64,000 nucleotides of DNA from Parcubacteria group bacterium (GTDB lineage: Bacteria; Patescibacteriota; Patescibacteriia; Patescibacteriales; GWC2-42-12): contig JACPHD010000001.1 of assembly GCA_016188785.1 (NCBI GenBank), forward strand, positions 26,300 through 90,299, given 5' to 3'. The notes beneath the pieces were generated by a model, which saw only the letters and a program-made list of their open reading frames with translations, searched no databases and was not told where the DNA came from. Positions within the stretch are counted from its first letter, which is position 1. Each line of letters opens with the position of its first letter. Of this stretch, positions 19,113 through 28,573 are shown in pieces. The position numbers were made by a program, and so were the translations under genes.

Positions 19113-20915
19113 TTATTGATTCTGTTGAATAAATGTCACAACAATATCACCCTCGCTTAATCCTGACAAAACTTCAACCAAGCCGTTATCGCCGCGCAAA
19201 CCCAGGCTTACCGGAACTTCTTTAAGCTCCTGGCCGGACAGCAGTCTGGCGAATCGGCCATGGTTTTTTTCAACCACCGCCCGCGCCGGTATGATTAAAA
19301 CCCCGGGGTTTTTCGCTGTGATGATATTAGTGTTAGCGGTCATGCCTGATTTTACGGCCAGCTTTTTTCCGTCAAAATTAATTTTCACTTTGTAATAGAC
19401 TACCTCCTGAATCACGGTTTCAGCCGGCTCAATAAAATTAACCTGGCCGGCGAATTTAATATCCTGGCCGAAAGCGTCCAAGGTAATTTCCACCGGATTA
19501 TTGATCGCCACTTTGGTTATGTCAGCTTCGGAAACATTAACTTCAATTTGAAAATTACTTGCGCCCAAAAGAGAGAAAACCGTCTTACCTGGCGCGAACT
19601 GTTCGCCGGCTTCATAATTTTTTTTAGTAATAGCGCCGTCCGCCGGCGCTTTAATGATATTATTGGCGATTTGATTTCTTATTAAATCCAGGGCGGCTTG
19701 GGCCTGGCTTACTTGCGCCTGGCTCAAATTTATATCTTGAGCGCGCGCACCGGCCTTAAGCTGATTGAGCTGGGCTAAGGCCACCTGCCAGGCGCGGTAA
19801 GCATTATCAACCTTGGCGCTGGCCCCGGCCAGCTTTTCGGCCGCCTGGGCCTCGGCCGTAGCCAGCGCGTCTTTAGCCGCCGCCAGCGCATTGTTTAAAT
19901 TATTAAGCGCATCATTTAAATTATTCTGCGCGGTCTCTAAAGCGGAAATTCCGGTTGTCACGTTGGTTTGCTGGGCGCTCACATTGGTTTTGTAAGTATC
20001 AAGTTTAGTTTGCGTAAAACTGCCGCCGGCAATACTGGCTTCCAGCAAACTATAGCCGTCTTTTAAAGCGCTAAAAGTCTGATTTAGAGCCTTTGCAGTA
20101 TTATCCAGCGCCTGATTTATAGCCGAGCTGGACTGATTTAATTTAGCCGAAATTAAACTGACTTTAGCCGCGGCTAAAGCCGTATTAGCCTGGCCATAGC
20201 TATTCTTGGTGACGGCTAGCAGAGCGGCATTACCCGCGCCTAAAAAATTTTTAGCGTCGTTGTCTGTTAAAATAGTGTTAATATTATCCAGGGCGTTAGC
20301 GGCCACGGGAATTTTCGCCTCCATCACGGTTAAGGCCGCTACCTGGTAGTTTTTCACGGTTTGCTGTTCTTTAGTAATAAGGCCGCCTGAAGTTAAAGAC
20401 AAATCATCAAGATTTTTCTGCGCTTGAACTATACTTAAGGCAGTCGTGTTTTTTATTTTTTCCGCTTCATTCACGGCCGAAGCATAAGCGGTTTTCGCTT
20501 GGTCTACGTTGGCCTGGCTGACGGCTAACTCGCTGGCCGTGGCGCCGGCTAAAAGTTTGGCTAAATTAGCCTGGGCCACGCGCAGATTAGCTTGGGCTTC
20601 TTTGTCTTTTAAGGCCAAATCGCTTAAATCCAGCTCGGCCAAGACCTGATCTTTTTTAACTTTATCCCCGACCGCGACGTATATTTTAGCGATTTTACCC
20701 GTGGCCGGAAAATTCAAATCTATTTCCTGGTTAGATTTAACCGTTCCGGTCTCGCTCACGGTCTGGATTAAATCGCCGCGCGCGGCTTTAGCCGTAATAT
20801 ACTGGACGGCCGGTTTTTTATTTAAAAAGAAGTAAAAGCCAGCGCCCGCGGCTAGTAAAACTAAAATTATAAAATATTTATTTTTAAAAATTTTTACCCC
20901 GTTAGAAGTTTGCAT
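19113..20915 (-). CDS. HlyD/MacA-family periplasmic adaptor with a long Ala-rich coiled coil
   Basis: N-terminal TM, biotinyl-lipoyl-like 'VKSNQEIDL...GDKVKKDQVLAEL', long coiled coil, C-terminal beta-barrel. Confidence 0.7.
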   Translation of the reverse strand: MQTSNGVKIFKNKYFIILVLLAAGAGFYFFLNKKPAVQYITAKAARGDLIQTVSETGTVKSNQEIDLNFPATGKIAKIYVAVGDKVKKDQVLAELDLSDLALKDKEAQANLRVAQANLAKLLAGATASELAVSQANVDQAKTAYASAVNEAEKIKNTTALSIVQAQKNLDDLSLTSGGLITKEQQTVKNYQVAALTVMEAKIPVAANALDNINTILTDNDAKNFLGAGNAALLAVTKNSYGQANTALAAAKVSLISAKLNQSSSAINQALDNTAKALNQTFSALKDGYSLLEASIAGGSFTQTKLDTYKTNVSAQQTNVTTGISALETAQNNLNDALNNLNNALAAAKDALATAEAQAAEKLAGASAKVDNAYRAWQVALAQLNQLKAGARAQDINLSQAQVSQAQAALDLIRNQIANNIIKAPADGAITKKNYEAGEQFAPGKTVFSLLGASNFQIEVNVSEADITKVAINNPVEITLDAFGQDIKFAGQVNFIEPAETVIQEVVYYKVKINFDGKKLAVKSGMTANTNIITAKNPGVLIIPARAVVEKNHGRFARLLSGQELKEVPVSLGLRGDNGLVEVLSGLSEGDIVVTFIQQNQ

Positions 20916-20978
20916 AATAATTTAATCCTAGAAATATTACTTTATTCTTTCCCGTTAAAATTATAACTTCTAACGGGG
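20897..20978. repeat. Inverted-repeat element ACCCCGTTAGAAGTT...AACTTCTAACGGGG enclosing the HlyD start codon (copy 2)
   Basis: Arms at 20897-20910 and 20965-20978. Confidence 0.7.
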
Positions 20979-20996
20979 TTCCTCCTTGTAAAAGAT

Positions 20997-21404
20997 CTAG
21001 CTATGGCCGGCGGTTAAGTCCAGGTTGGCAATAATTTTTTTAAATTTAACCACGAATTCATCAAGATTAAAATCGGTTTTTATCAGATAAAAATCCGCTC
21101 CCAGCGCCTGGCCGCGTTGCCGGCTGTCCGCGTCGCTCAAATTGGTGAAAATAAAAACCGGTATCAGAGAAATCTCCGGCTCGGCTTTAATTTCGGCCAG
21201 CAAATCAAAACCGTTCACTTGCGGTAGAATAATATCCAAAATAATATAATCAGGCTTAAGAGTTTTTATCTTTTCCATCACCTCGGTTTTATCCGCGCCT
21301 TCATCGGTTATAACTTCAAAACCGGCCACTCTGAATTTAGCCTGCAGGCCGTAAAGCAGATTAGCCTCGTCTTCAATTATTAGAATTTTTTTGTTTTGGC
21401 TCAT
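20997..21404 (-). CDS. Stand-alone response regulator receiver (CheY-like)
   Basis: 'ILIIEDE', phosphoacceptor 'YIILDIILP', 'FTNLSD'. Confidence 0.8.
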   Translation of the reverse strand: MSQNKKILIIEDEANLLYGLQAKFRVAGFEVITDEGADKTEVMEKIKTLKPDYIILDIILPQVNGFDLLAEIKAEPEISLIPVFIFTNLSDADSRQRGQALGADFYLIKTDFNLDEFVVKFKKIIANLDLTAGHS

Positions 21405-21416
21405 AAAGTAATTATA

Positions 21417-21809
21417 CTAATTTTTCAATGATTTTACAACTCTAGCCGCTTTGGCCGCGCCCCGCTCGTCCGAGCCGAAATGATGCGCGATTTCATGCCT
21501 GACCGTGGCAATAATTTTTTGCTTTAGTTCGTTTTTAGTCACGCATTGGCTTAAAATGGCTTTCCTAAAGATAGTAATCCGGTCAGGCAAAACCGGGCCA
21601 AAATTCAATCTTTTAGCTTGAGCATAACCTTCAAACAAACCAAATAATAAATCGCCGCGCTTTAATTTCATTTTATTAAGTTGCGCGGAAGTCGGTTTGT
21701 CTTGAACGAAAATTGCCGCGTTATTCAGCTTGCTCTTAAATTTAGCCGGCAAGCCGTCCAGCGCTTGTTCAACCAATTTTTCAAATTCTTGTTTGCTTAT
21801 ATTTAACAT
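21417..21809 (-). CDS. Zincin-like metallopeptidase (HExxH: HEIAHHFG)
   Basis: Single HEIAHH motif near the C-terminus; 130 aa. Confidence 0.5.
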   Translation of the reverse strand: MLNISKQEFEKLVEQALDGLPAKFKSKLNNAAIFVQDKPTSAQLNKMKLKRGDLLFGLFEGYAQAKRLNFGPVLPDRITIFRKAILSQCVTKNELKQKIIATVRHEIAHHFGSDERGAAKAARVVKSLKN

Positions 21810-21893
21810 AATTTTTTGCTGATTTATAGCTTTATTTTAATAAAAATGCCCTCTTTAATAAAGGGAGCTACATAAATAATCTAAATAATTTTT

Positions 21894-22892
21894 TTAAAGG
21901 CAAGGCGAATATGATAATGATTTAATATAATTTTCCATAAATTCAAAATTAGGCTCGCCTTTTTTATTCACAGGCAAAAAGATTTTTTCTTGCATAATCC
22001 TTGTTCGCGATCTTTTTCTGCCAAAACTATATCTAAACGTTTGCATGTTTAATATTGAAGTAAAAAATAAGGCAATATATTTATTTAGAATAAAATTTAT
22101 TGGTTCTAAAATATTTGGATCACCCGAGGAGCTAAATCTATTTTCTTGATAAAAAGCTTTTCCATCTGTAGCGCCGTCAATCGTGATAACATTTCCATTT
22201 TCAACATACTTGTCAGAAGTACAAACAACCCCATTATTTTTATTGCTGGCTGTTATATATAAATACTCGCCAGAACAAATTTCATCCCTAGTAAAACTTT
22301 TTTTTGTTTTTCTTACATTAAATAATTTTGACAAATCAAATTCTTTAAATTCATTCTTTTTTAGTTTTAAAGCTTTATTTTTAATGATTTTACTATCATA
22401 TCTTATTTCTTTAGATAAACCTTTAATATAATTTTCCATAAATTCCCAATCAGGTAATTTATTTTTGGTAGCCGGAAGCAGTATTTTTTCTTTTTTTAAT
22501 CTCTCATTATTTATTTCTCTGGCAAAATTATATTTGCTTTTCATTGATTCAATGATTGGCTTAAGAAATAATGAAATATAATTATTTAATTTTATTTTTT
22601 TGTCTTTAATTTTAATTACTGTGCAATGGTCAGAGGCAACAAACTTGTAAGGGTGATAAAAACAATAACCAACGCTCCCGCTATTATTTAGTGTTAGTGC
22701 ATTCTTATATATCTTCATAAAACTCGGAGGAAGTATATAATTATCAACCCCATTATTTTTTTTGCTTGAAGAAATATACGATATATCACCCATAACTTGA
22801 TCTATTTTTACTAATCTCTTTCCCCGTGATATGGTAAAAACTTTAGCAAAATTAAATTCTTGCCAATTATTTTTATTAATCTTCATAATCAT
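21894..22892 (-). CDS. Specificity (S) subunit, HsdS/BcgIB-like with two TRD+CR halves
   Basis: Internal duplication: 'K(I/L)(F/L)LP..K...P(N/D)(F/W)EFMENYIK(S/G)LS' occurs twice. Confidence 0.6.
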   Translation of the reverse strand: MIMKINKNNWQEFNFAKVFTISRGKRLVKIDQVMGDISYISSSKKNNGVDNYILPPSFMKIYKNALTLNNSGSVGYCFYHPYKFVASDHCTVIKIKDKKIKLNNYISLFLKPIIESMKSKYNFAREINNERLKKEKILLPATKNKLPDWEFMENYIKGLSKEIRYDSKIIKNKALKLKKNEFKEFDLSKLFNVRKTKKSFTRDEICSGEYLYITASNKNNGVVCTSDKYVENGNVITIDGATDGKAFYQENRFSSSGDPNILEPINFILNKYIALFFTSILNMQTFRYSFGRKRSRTRIMQEKIFLPVNKKGEPNFEFMENYIKSLSYSPCL

Positions 22893-23295
22893 CGCCGTTA
22901 TTATTTAAAATTTCAGCCGCCCTAATATTATTCTCATTAAGAATTTCTAGTAATGTAATTTCATCAATATCCTTATCTAGCAAATCTAATTTTAGTTTTG
23001 TAGAGAAAATAACATACTCTTTAATGCTTTTTTCAAAAGTCTTTTCTGATAAATTATCATAATTTGTTTTTGCATGTGCTTGAATTATCCACTCGTCATT
23101 TCCTATTATTTCTTTATAGACTAAATTTATAAAATCTTCGTTTTCTTTTGGACGGTTAAGTTTTTTTAATAAATCTTTTTTTATACCATTCCATTTGTCT
23201 AAAACATCTGTTCTTCCTTTATTTTTAGATAAAACAAGACCATCATTTTTTAAATCATAAAAGACAACTTTGTTGTTATTATGAGGTTTATTTGT
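22876..23295 (-). pseudogene. Met-less 140-codon ORF, in-frame continuation of the upstream RM gene after a TAA
   Basis: Translation after the TAA at 23296-23298 reads TNKPHNNNKVVFYDLKNDGL...NNGDDYED with no stop until it overlaps the S-subunit start. Confidence 0.5.
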
Positions 23296-24858
23296 TTAAA
23301 AAACTGCTATGGCGGTATGCGTTGAGGCATTTGGTTGAAATAACTCAATCGGCATATTAATAACATATTTTAATGTGTGTTTTGATAAAATTCTATTTCT
23401 ATCAATATCATCTTTAAAATATGTGGAGAGCGGGGCAATTATAACCCCGTATCTACTAGAATTATCTAGCATCTTTTCTAAAAATTGAATTTCTTTTTTA
23501 GTGGGATTTTTTTTATTATCTTTACCGCCATACGGAGGATTTACAAATCCTATTGTAGGTTTATTCGGTAACTTATTTAAAATATTGTTTGTTTCATTTG
23601 AGAAAAAATCTTCATTAAAAATTTGAGATTTTCCATCTCCCCTAAAAAGCATGTTAGAAATCGCCAATGAATACATTGTACTACTTTTTTCAAGTCCAAT
23701 CAGTTGTTTGGTTTTTATATTTTTAATTCTTTCTTTTTTATCTGATAAATTTGATTTTTCAATTTCATCAACAAGTTTATTCATTCCCGCGATTAAAAAC
23801 GCCCCCGTTCCGCAAGCCGGATCAAAAATTACATCGTTTGTCTTAATATCAATTAATTCTGTAAATAAAGTAGTGATATGATTTGGAGTTAATATAATTC
23901 CTTTTTTTACACTTGTTATCCCCGCGTATCTTAAAAATTCTTCATAAAATTTTCCTATTATATCGTATGAAGTTTTTTTATCAAAAAGAGGTATTACTTT
24001 TTCTTCAAGTTCTTTTAAAATATCTTTTAAAATATTTGTGGAATTTAAATCATTATCAGTTTTTATAAAAGTTAATTCATTGGTTAATACCTCTATCTTA
24101 TTTTTATCAATTTTCTCACTTTCTAAAATATCGCTTATGGTCGTAGGCATATTTCTAATAATTGTTTGGGTATTCCATAAACTATAACTATTTTTAAAAT
24201 CTGACCCGCTATCTTTTGGGTATAGACAAATCATTAAAGCGCTTAAAAGCACCGGTCTTTTTTGAGAATCTAAGTTTCTTAACAACCTATTGATTTCGCT
24301 TGATGATTTTGAAATATCATTAGATATTTTTTCTAAATCAATGTTCTCAAAAAAAGCTAAATAATCTTCTTCGTCTAAAATTTCACTCTTACTAATATTT
24401 TGAATAAAGTTATTTTCAATAATATAAGTATCAAGTCTATGATTATATTCATCATTAATATCTCCAGAAAAAGCAATTCCTACTATTTTCCAATTTTTTA
24501 AATATTTTTTTATTGTTTCTTTTTCTTGACTTAATTTTTCGCTTGTGAAAAAAGATAAATAATGTTTTATTCCGTCAACGGCAAAATCCACAGGATCATC
24601 TTCATTTTTAGAAACATGGTTTTTTATTTGATCTTTATTTTCAATTAAAATCAATAATTTTTTTATTTCATTTACATAAATCAAATCCGGATAACCATGT
24701 TTTCCAGTTTCTTTTTTGCTTGTTTTATCTAAAATTTCTTGAATATATTTATTATTTTGTTTCTGGACATTCCAGCTATTAGTATACCGCCTATTCTCTT
24801 TAATAAAATTAAATAGATTAATATCTGTTTTTGCTTCGTTTTTTCTCAAATTTGCCAT
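23296..24858 (-). CDS. Type IIB/IIG (BcgI-A-like) restriction-modification subunit: N-terminal PD-(D/E)xK nuclease plus gamma-class N6-adenine MTase
   Basis: 'YPDLIYVNEIKKLLILIENKD' (PD...ENK). MTase motif I 'FDPACGTGAFLIAG', motif IV 'NPPYGG'. Confidence 0.7.
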   Translation of the reverse strand: MANLRKNEAKTDINLFNFIKENRRYTNSWNVQKQNNKYIQEILDKTSKKETGKHGYPDLIYVNEIKKLLILIENKDQIKNHVSKNEDDPVDFAVDGIKHYLSFFTSEKLSQEKETIKKYLKNWKIVGIAFSGDINDEYNHRLDTYIIENNFIQNISKSEILDEEDYLAFFENIDLEKISNDISKSSSEINRLLRNLDSQKRPVLLSALMICLYPKDSGSDFKNSYSLWNTQTIIRNMPTTISDILESEKIDKNKIEVLTNELTFIKTDNDLNSTNILKDILKELEEKVIPLFDKKTSYDIIGKFYEEFLRYAGITSVKKGIILTPNHITTLFTELIDIKTNDVIFDPACGTGAFLIAGMNKLVDEIEKSNLSDKKERIKNIKTKQLIGLEKSSTMYSLAISNMLFRGDGKSQIFNEDFFSNETNNILNKLPNKPTIGFVNPPYGGKDNKKNPTKKEIQFLEKMLDNSSRYGVIIAPLSTYFKDDIDRNRILSKHTLKYVINMPIELFQPNASTHTAIAVF

Positions 24859-24945
24859 ATCGTTTTATTGATATAAACTAGGATTATTTAAAGCTCTCTA
24901 TAATTATAGCGTAATTTAGCTTAAAATAAAAATTAGAATCAAAGT

Positions 24946-25560
24946 TTAAGCGAATTTTCTAATCACTCCCCTGACCACTCCCTGAATTAGCGGGTCGGCC
25001 GCGTAAATCGGCTTCATGGCTGAATTAGCCGGCTGCAGTCTGATGCGCGCCTGCTCGCGGTAAAATTTTTTCAAAGTGGCATAAGCATTGTTTAAAAGCG
25101 CTACCACCACATCGCCGTTTTGCGGCGACGGATTGCGCTCCACGATTACATAATCGCCGTCTAAAATTCCGTCTTCAATCATTGATTCGCCTTTAACTTT
25201 TAAAACGTAACTATTGGCGCTGTCGGTTACGAAATCAGCCGGCACGGCGATCGTGTCTTGTTCTTCAACCGCTTCGATCGGTTCGCCGGCTGTTATCAGG
25301 CCGACTAACGGCAATTCTAAACTGGCGGTCCAATTCACGGCCGTGGGAATAATTTCAATTGAGCGCGCTTGATTAAACGAAGTTTTTAGCATCTGCTTTT
25401 TCTCCAAAGTTTGCACATGCGCGTGAATCGTGGCCGGACTGGCTAAATTAAAATGCCGGCCGATTTCTCTTAAGCTGGGCGCGTAGCCGTTATCGCGCGT
25501 AAATTCAGTTATAAAATCCAGAATTTGCCTTTGTCTTTTGGTTAAATTGTTGCCCATATA
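24946..25560 (-). CDS. lexA: LexA repressor (HTH plus S24 peptidase)
   Basis: 'ITAG' cleavage site, Ser in 'KGESM', Lys in 'ATLKK'. Start taken at MGNNLTKRQRQIL. Confidence 0.85.
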   Translation of the reverse strand, partial: YMGNNLTKRQRQILDFITEFTRDNGYAPSLREIGRHFNLASPATIHAHVQTLEKKQMLKTSFNQARSIEIIPTAVNWTASLELPLVGLITAGEPIEAVEEQDTIAVPADFVTDSANSYVLKVKGESMIEDGILDGDYVIVERNPSPQNGDVVVALLNNAYATLKKFYREQARIRLQPANSAMKPIYAADPLIQGVVRGVIRKFA

Positions 25561-25597
25561 GTTTATGTTAAAAATTAGTTTTCCACAATACTCTTTT

Positions 25598-25626
25598 ATC
25601 ATACACGAACAAAATACGAAAGTCAA
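25598..25626 (-). promoter_or_regulatory. lexA promoter: TTGACT-N17-TATGAT with direct repeat TTCGTA-N5-GTTCGTG in the spacer (putative operator)
   Basis: Read on the minus strand: TTGACT TTCGTATTTTGTTCGTG TATGAT. Confidence 0.55.
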
Positions 25627-25727
25627 GAGCTTGCGCTATTTTGACTATTTTTTTTATTTATGCTTTAATAAATATTAACTGGCTCTGTCACCTTTTAACT
25701 TCAAAACTCTTAACAGGGGGATGAAAA

Positions 25728-26222
25728 ATGTTAGAGGAAAAAGCGGTAAGAGAGTTCTTTTTAGAAACTAACAAATGGATCTTAGAGGAAAAACCTACTC
25801 CAATAATGAACACGTATTCCTGCTTTTCCCAGGCGCTAATACATAATAATGGCGCGCTTCATTATATGAATGTCTGGACAGAAACAGAAGAAAAGAACGT
25901 TAGTCAGATCATTGGCCAGGTTCTTATCTGGCACCGAAAAAAAGGACCGCTTTGGGGAATGAATTACGACGGTTGGCAAAAGAATGACGAAAAGATAAAC
26001 GATCTGCGGAGCAATCTTCTGATAAAAACTTTATCAGGGGAAAAATATTTTCAACGTTCGGTCTCTGGATCTACAGTTGATGGGTTGTTGTATCAAAACG
26101 AAATAGAAGGAGGATTTCAATTATTTGAAATTAAAACCTCAATTTTTCCTAATAACGACCATGTTAATCCTGTAACCCGCTTCACCTATCACGGCCGCGC
26201 CTTAGTCAACCTCGGTCTCTAA
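25728..26222 (+). CDS. Hypothetical protein
   Basis: 164-aa ORF; no motifs recognised. Confidence 0.35.
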   Translation: MLEEKAVREFFLETNKWILEEKPTPIMNTYSCFSQALIHNNGALHYMNVWTETEEKNVSQIIGQVLIWHRKKGPLWGMNYDGWQKNDEKINDLRSNLLIKTLSGEKYFQRSVSGSTVDGLLYQNEIEGGFQLFEIKTSIFPNNDHVNPVTRFTYHGRALVNLGL

Positions 26223-26323
26223 CCCTTTCTTCCCGCCGGCTTGAACGTTCGGCGGGAATTTTTTTAAAAGAAAAGACTGGACGCGGTTAATAGCATCCAG
26301 TCCTGATTTATTGGCAAGCAAAA

Positions 26324-27811
26324 TTATTTAATGTGCAATTCGGTTACCTTGCGAAAATGATAACCGTTAATAGCCGACTCCACGGCCAAAGGAAATAGAC
26401 GCGGCCGGCAGAATAAAACCCAGGCCAATAGGGCCCAAAATTGCCGCCGTCCACCCGATTCTGCCAACCCCAAATGCCAGCAGGCGCGGAAAAAGGCTAA
26501 AACACGCTGGCAATTGATCGGCTGACTAACTTTCGGAGTTGGAAATTCTCTTAAAAACGTCCTTACCCGCCGGTAGTAATTGGGCGGCGAGTATAAGTAC
26601 TTCATCACGAAACCATAACCGTCGCGCAATACCTTAAAACCCATAAGCGGCACGATGTTGGTACTGCCGTCCACGTTGTCGCCGGACATTTGCCCGGTAA
26701 GCCGGTTAGCCAGCTTAAGCCTCTGCCAAAGCTTAGTGCCATAAGGCGCGCTAAGCATGCCAACCATAGCCATAGTAATACCGCTGCGCATGACAAAGAC
26801 AATCTGGCGATTGAAAATAGTAGCCGGATCATCCGGGTCAAAGCCGACGATAAAACCGCCCATTACTAAAAGGCCGGCCCGCTGTAAAGTTTCCACATCA
26901 GTCGCCAGATTACGCCCCATATTCTGCGTCTTGCGACAGTCTGATAGGGCCGCTTGATTCGGCGTCTCAATGCCGATGAAAACCGAATCAAATCCGGCCT
27001 CCACTATCAGGCTAACTAATTCGTTGTCTTGAGCCAGATTGATAGAAACTTGAGTGAAGAAAGGCGCGCGATAGTTCACTTTTTTTTGCCAAGCAATAAG
27101 CGCCGGCAGAAGTTCAGCCTTGAGACGCTTCTTGTCGCCGATTAAATTGTCATCAACGAAAAACACCTTGCCTCGCCAGCCGGCGGCCCATAATTGGTCA
27201 AGCTCGGCAATTACTTGCCTGGCGGTTTTAACGCGCGGACTATGGCCGAACAGCCGGGTCACGTCGCAGAATTCGCACTGAAACGGACAGCCGCGCGACC
27301 ATTGCACGCTCATGGAAGCGTAAGCCTCCATGTCTAAAAGGTCCCAGCGCGGAATAGCCGCCTGCTCCATGTCAGAAAATTCGCTGGAAGCATAGAGGCG
27401 CTTTAGTCTGCCTTGCGCCAAGTCGGCTAAAAAAAGCGGCAGGGTGATTTCCGCCTCATTAAGCACAAAATGATCCACCGCGGCAAAGGCCTCATGATCA
27501 ACCGTGAACAAGGGGCCGCCGGCCACGATTTTTTTTCCGGCTGAACTACAGCGAGCGATCAGCCGCTCGGCCGATGTTCGCTGTACCGCCATGGCGCTAA
27601 TAAAGACATAGTCAGCCCAATTCAGGTCATCATCAGTTAACGGTTCAACATTCAAATCAACTAAGCGCGCCTGCCAATCCGCGGGCAACATCGCCGCCAC
27701 GGTAATAAGACCAAGCGGCGGAAAAGCCGCCCGTTTGCGGATAAAGCGCAGAGCATACTTAAAACTCCAAAACGTGTCCGGATACTCCGGATAAACCAGT
27801 AAAATTTTCAT
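26324..27811 (-). CDS. B12-binding radical SAM enzyme (class B, CxxxCxxC = CPFQCEFC)
   Basis: N-terminal cobalamin-binding-like domain, rSAM cysteine triad, C-terminal DUF4070-like region. About 55% GC, far above neighbours. AGGAG Shine-Dalgarno. Confidence 0.85.
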   Translation of the reverse strand: MKILLVYPEYPDTFWSFKYALRFIRKRAAFPPLGLITVAAMLPADWQARLVDLNVEPLTDDDLNWADYVFISAMAVQRTSAERLIARCSSAGKKIVAGGPLFTVDHEAFAAVDHFVLNEAEITLPLFLADLAQGRLKRLYASSEFSDMEQAAIPRWDLLDMEAYASMSVQWSRGCPFQCEFCDVTRLFGHSPRVKTARQVIAELDQLWAAGWRGKVFFVDDNLIGDKKRLKAELLPALIAWQKKVNYRAPFFTQVSINLAQDNELVSLIVEAGFDSVFIGIETPNQAALSDCRKTQNMGRNLATDVETLQRAGLLVMGGFIVGFDPDDPATIFNRQIVFVMRSGITMAMVGMLSAPYGTKLWQRLKLANRLTGQMSGDNVDGSTNIVPLMGFKVLRDGYGFVMKYLYSPPNYYRRVRTFLREFPTPKVSQPINCQRVLAFFRACWHLGLAESGGRRQFWALLAWVLFCRPRLFPLAVESAINGYHFRKVTELHIK

Positions 27812-27862
27812 CTGTCTTACTCCTCTTGGTTGTTAGTTAACTCAATATTCCAGCGAACATAA

Positions 27863-28043
27863 TTTGAGATGGTTTCAAAACTCTTTCGTCGCGAAATTTC
27901 AGTTTTTCCGGCGAGACGAGGAAGGCGAGTAAAAAGGATTGAACCGTAATAGAATTACGGCGAAAGCCTTTTTACGAAGCCTGACGAAGTCGCAGCCGAA
28001 AAAATGAAATTGCAGCAGAAATGAGTTTTGAAACCATCTCATT
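27863..28043. mobile_element. MITE-like element with 18-bp perfect terminal inverted repeats GAGATGGTTTCAAAACTC
   Basis: TIRs at 27866-27883 and 28023-28040. Internal hairpin CCGTAATAGAATTACGG. Confidence 0.6.
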
Positions 28044-28151
28044 ATCTTACTAAAATTTAAACTGAACAACAAGGCGGCTGTTATTTATTCAGCTACACTA
28101 AAATAAAGAAGAACGCGCCCTTGGGAATTTATCCGAGGGCGCGAAACTGGT

Positions 28152-28448
28152 CTAGCCATGCCACTTTTTTGCCGTCCTCGGCGGCATTGATGGCTTTGCT
28201 TCTCTTAAAGCTTTAAGAAAGTTTTCCCTTTTTTCTTCGGTTCTTTCAACTATTTCCCGAAGCAGAAAAAATTTTTCTTCAAGCGAAAGTATCACTTGGG
28301 CAAGAGTGAGAAATTGTTCCACCCTTACCAATCTTTCTTGAGAAGACATTGAACGTCCGATAGAAAAAAGAGAAGTTAACTCCGAGCTAACACGGTCAAC
28401 AAATTGGAGCAATTTGTTGACCGTTTCTTCTAATAACCCTTTTTCCAT
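28152..28448 (-). CDS. Hypothetical helical protein
   Basis: 98-aa ORF downstream of the NYN gene. Confidence 0.3.
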   Translation of the reverse strand: MEKGLLEETVNKLLQFVDRVSSELTSLFSIGRSMSSQERLVRVEQFLTLAQVILSLEEKFFLLREIVERTEEKRENFLKALREAKPSMPPRTAKKWHG

Positions 28449-28573
28449 TTTATCTCCCTCCTTGTTCCATAATTATATTATAGCAGAAAAATTATTATTT
28501 TTCCATTAAAATTTTTGATTTTCCCTTTAATTATTTTATGGAAATATTACTTATTTAGCCGTCTTGATAAGAA

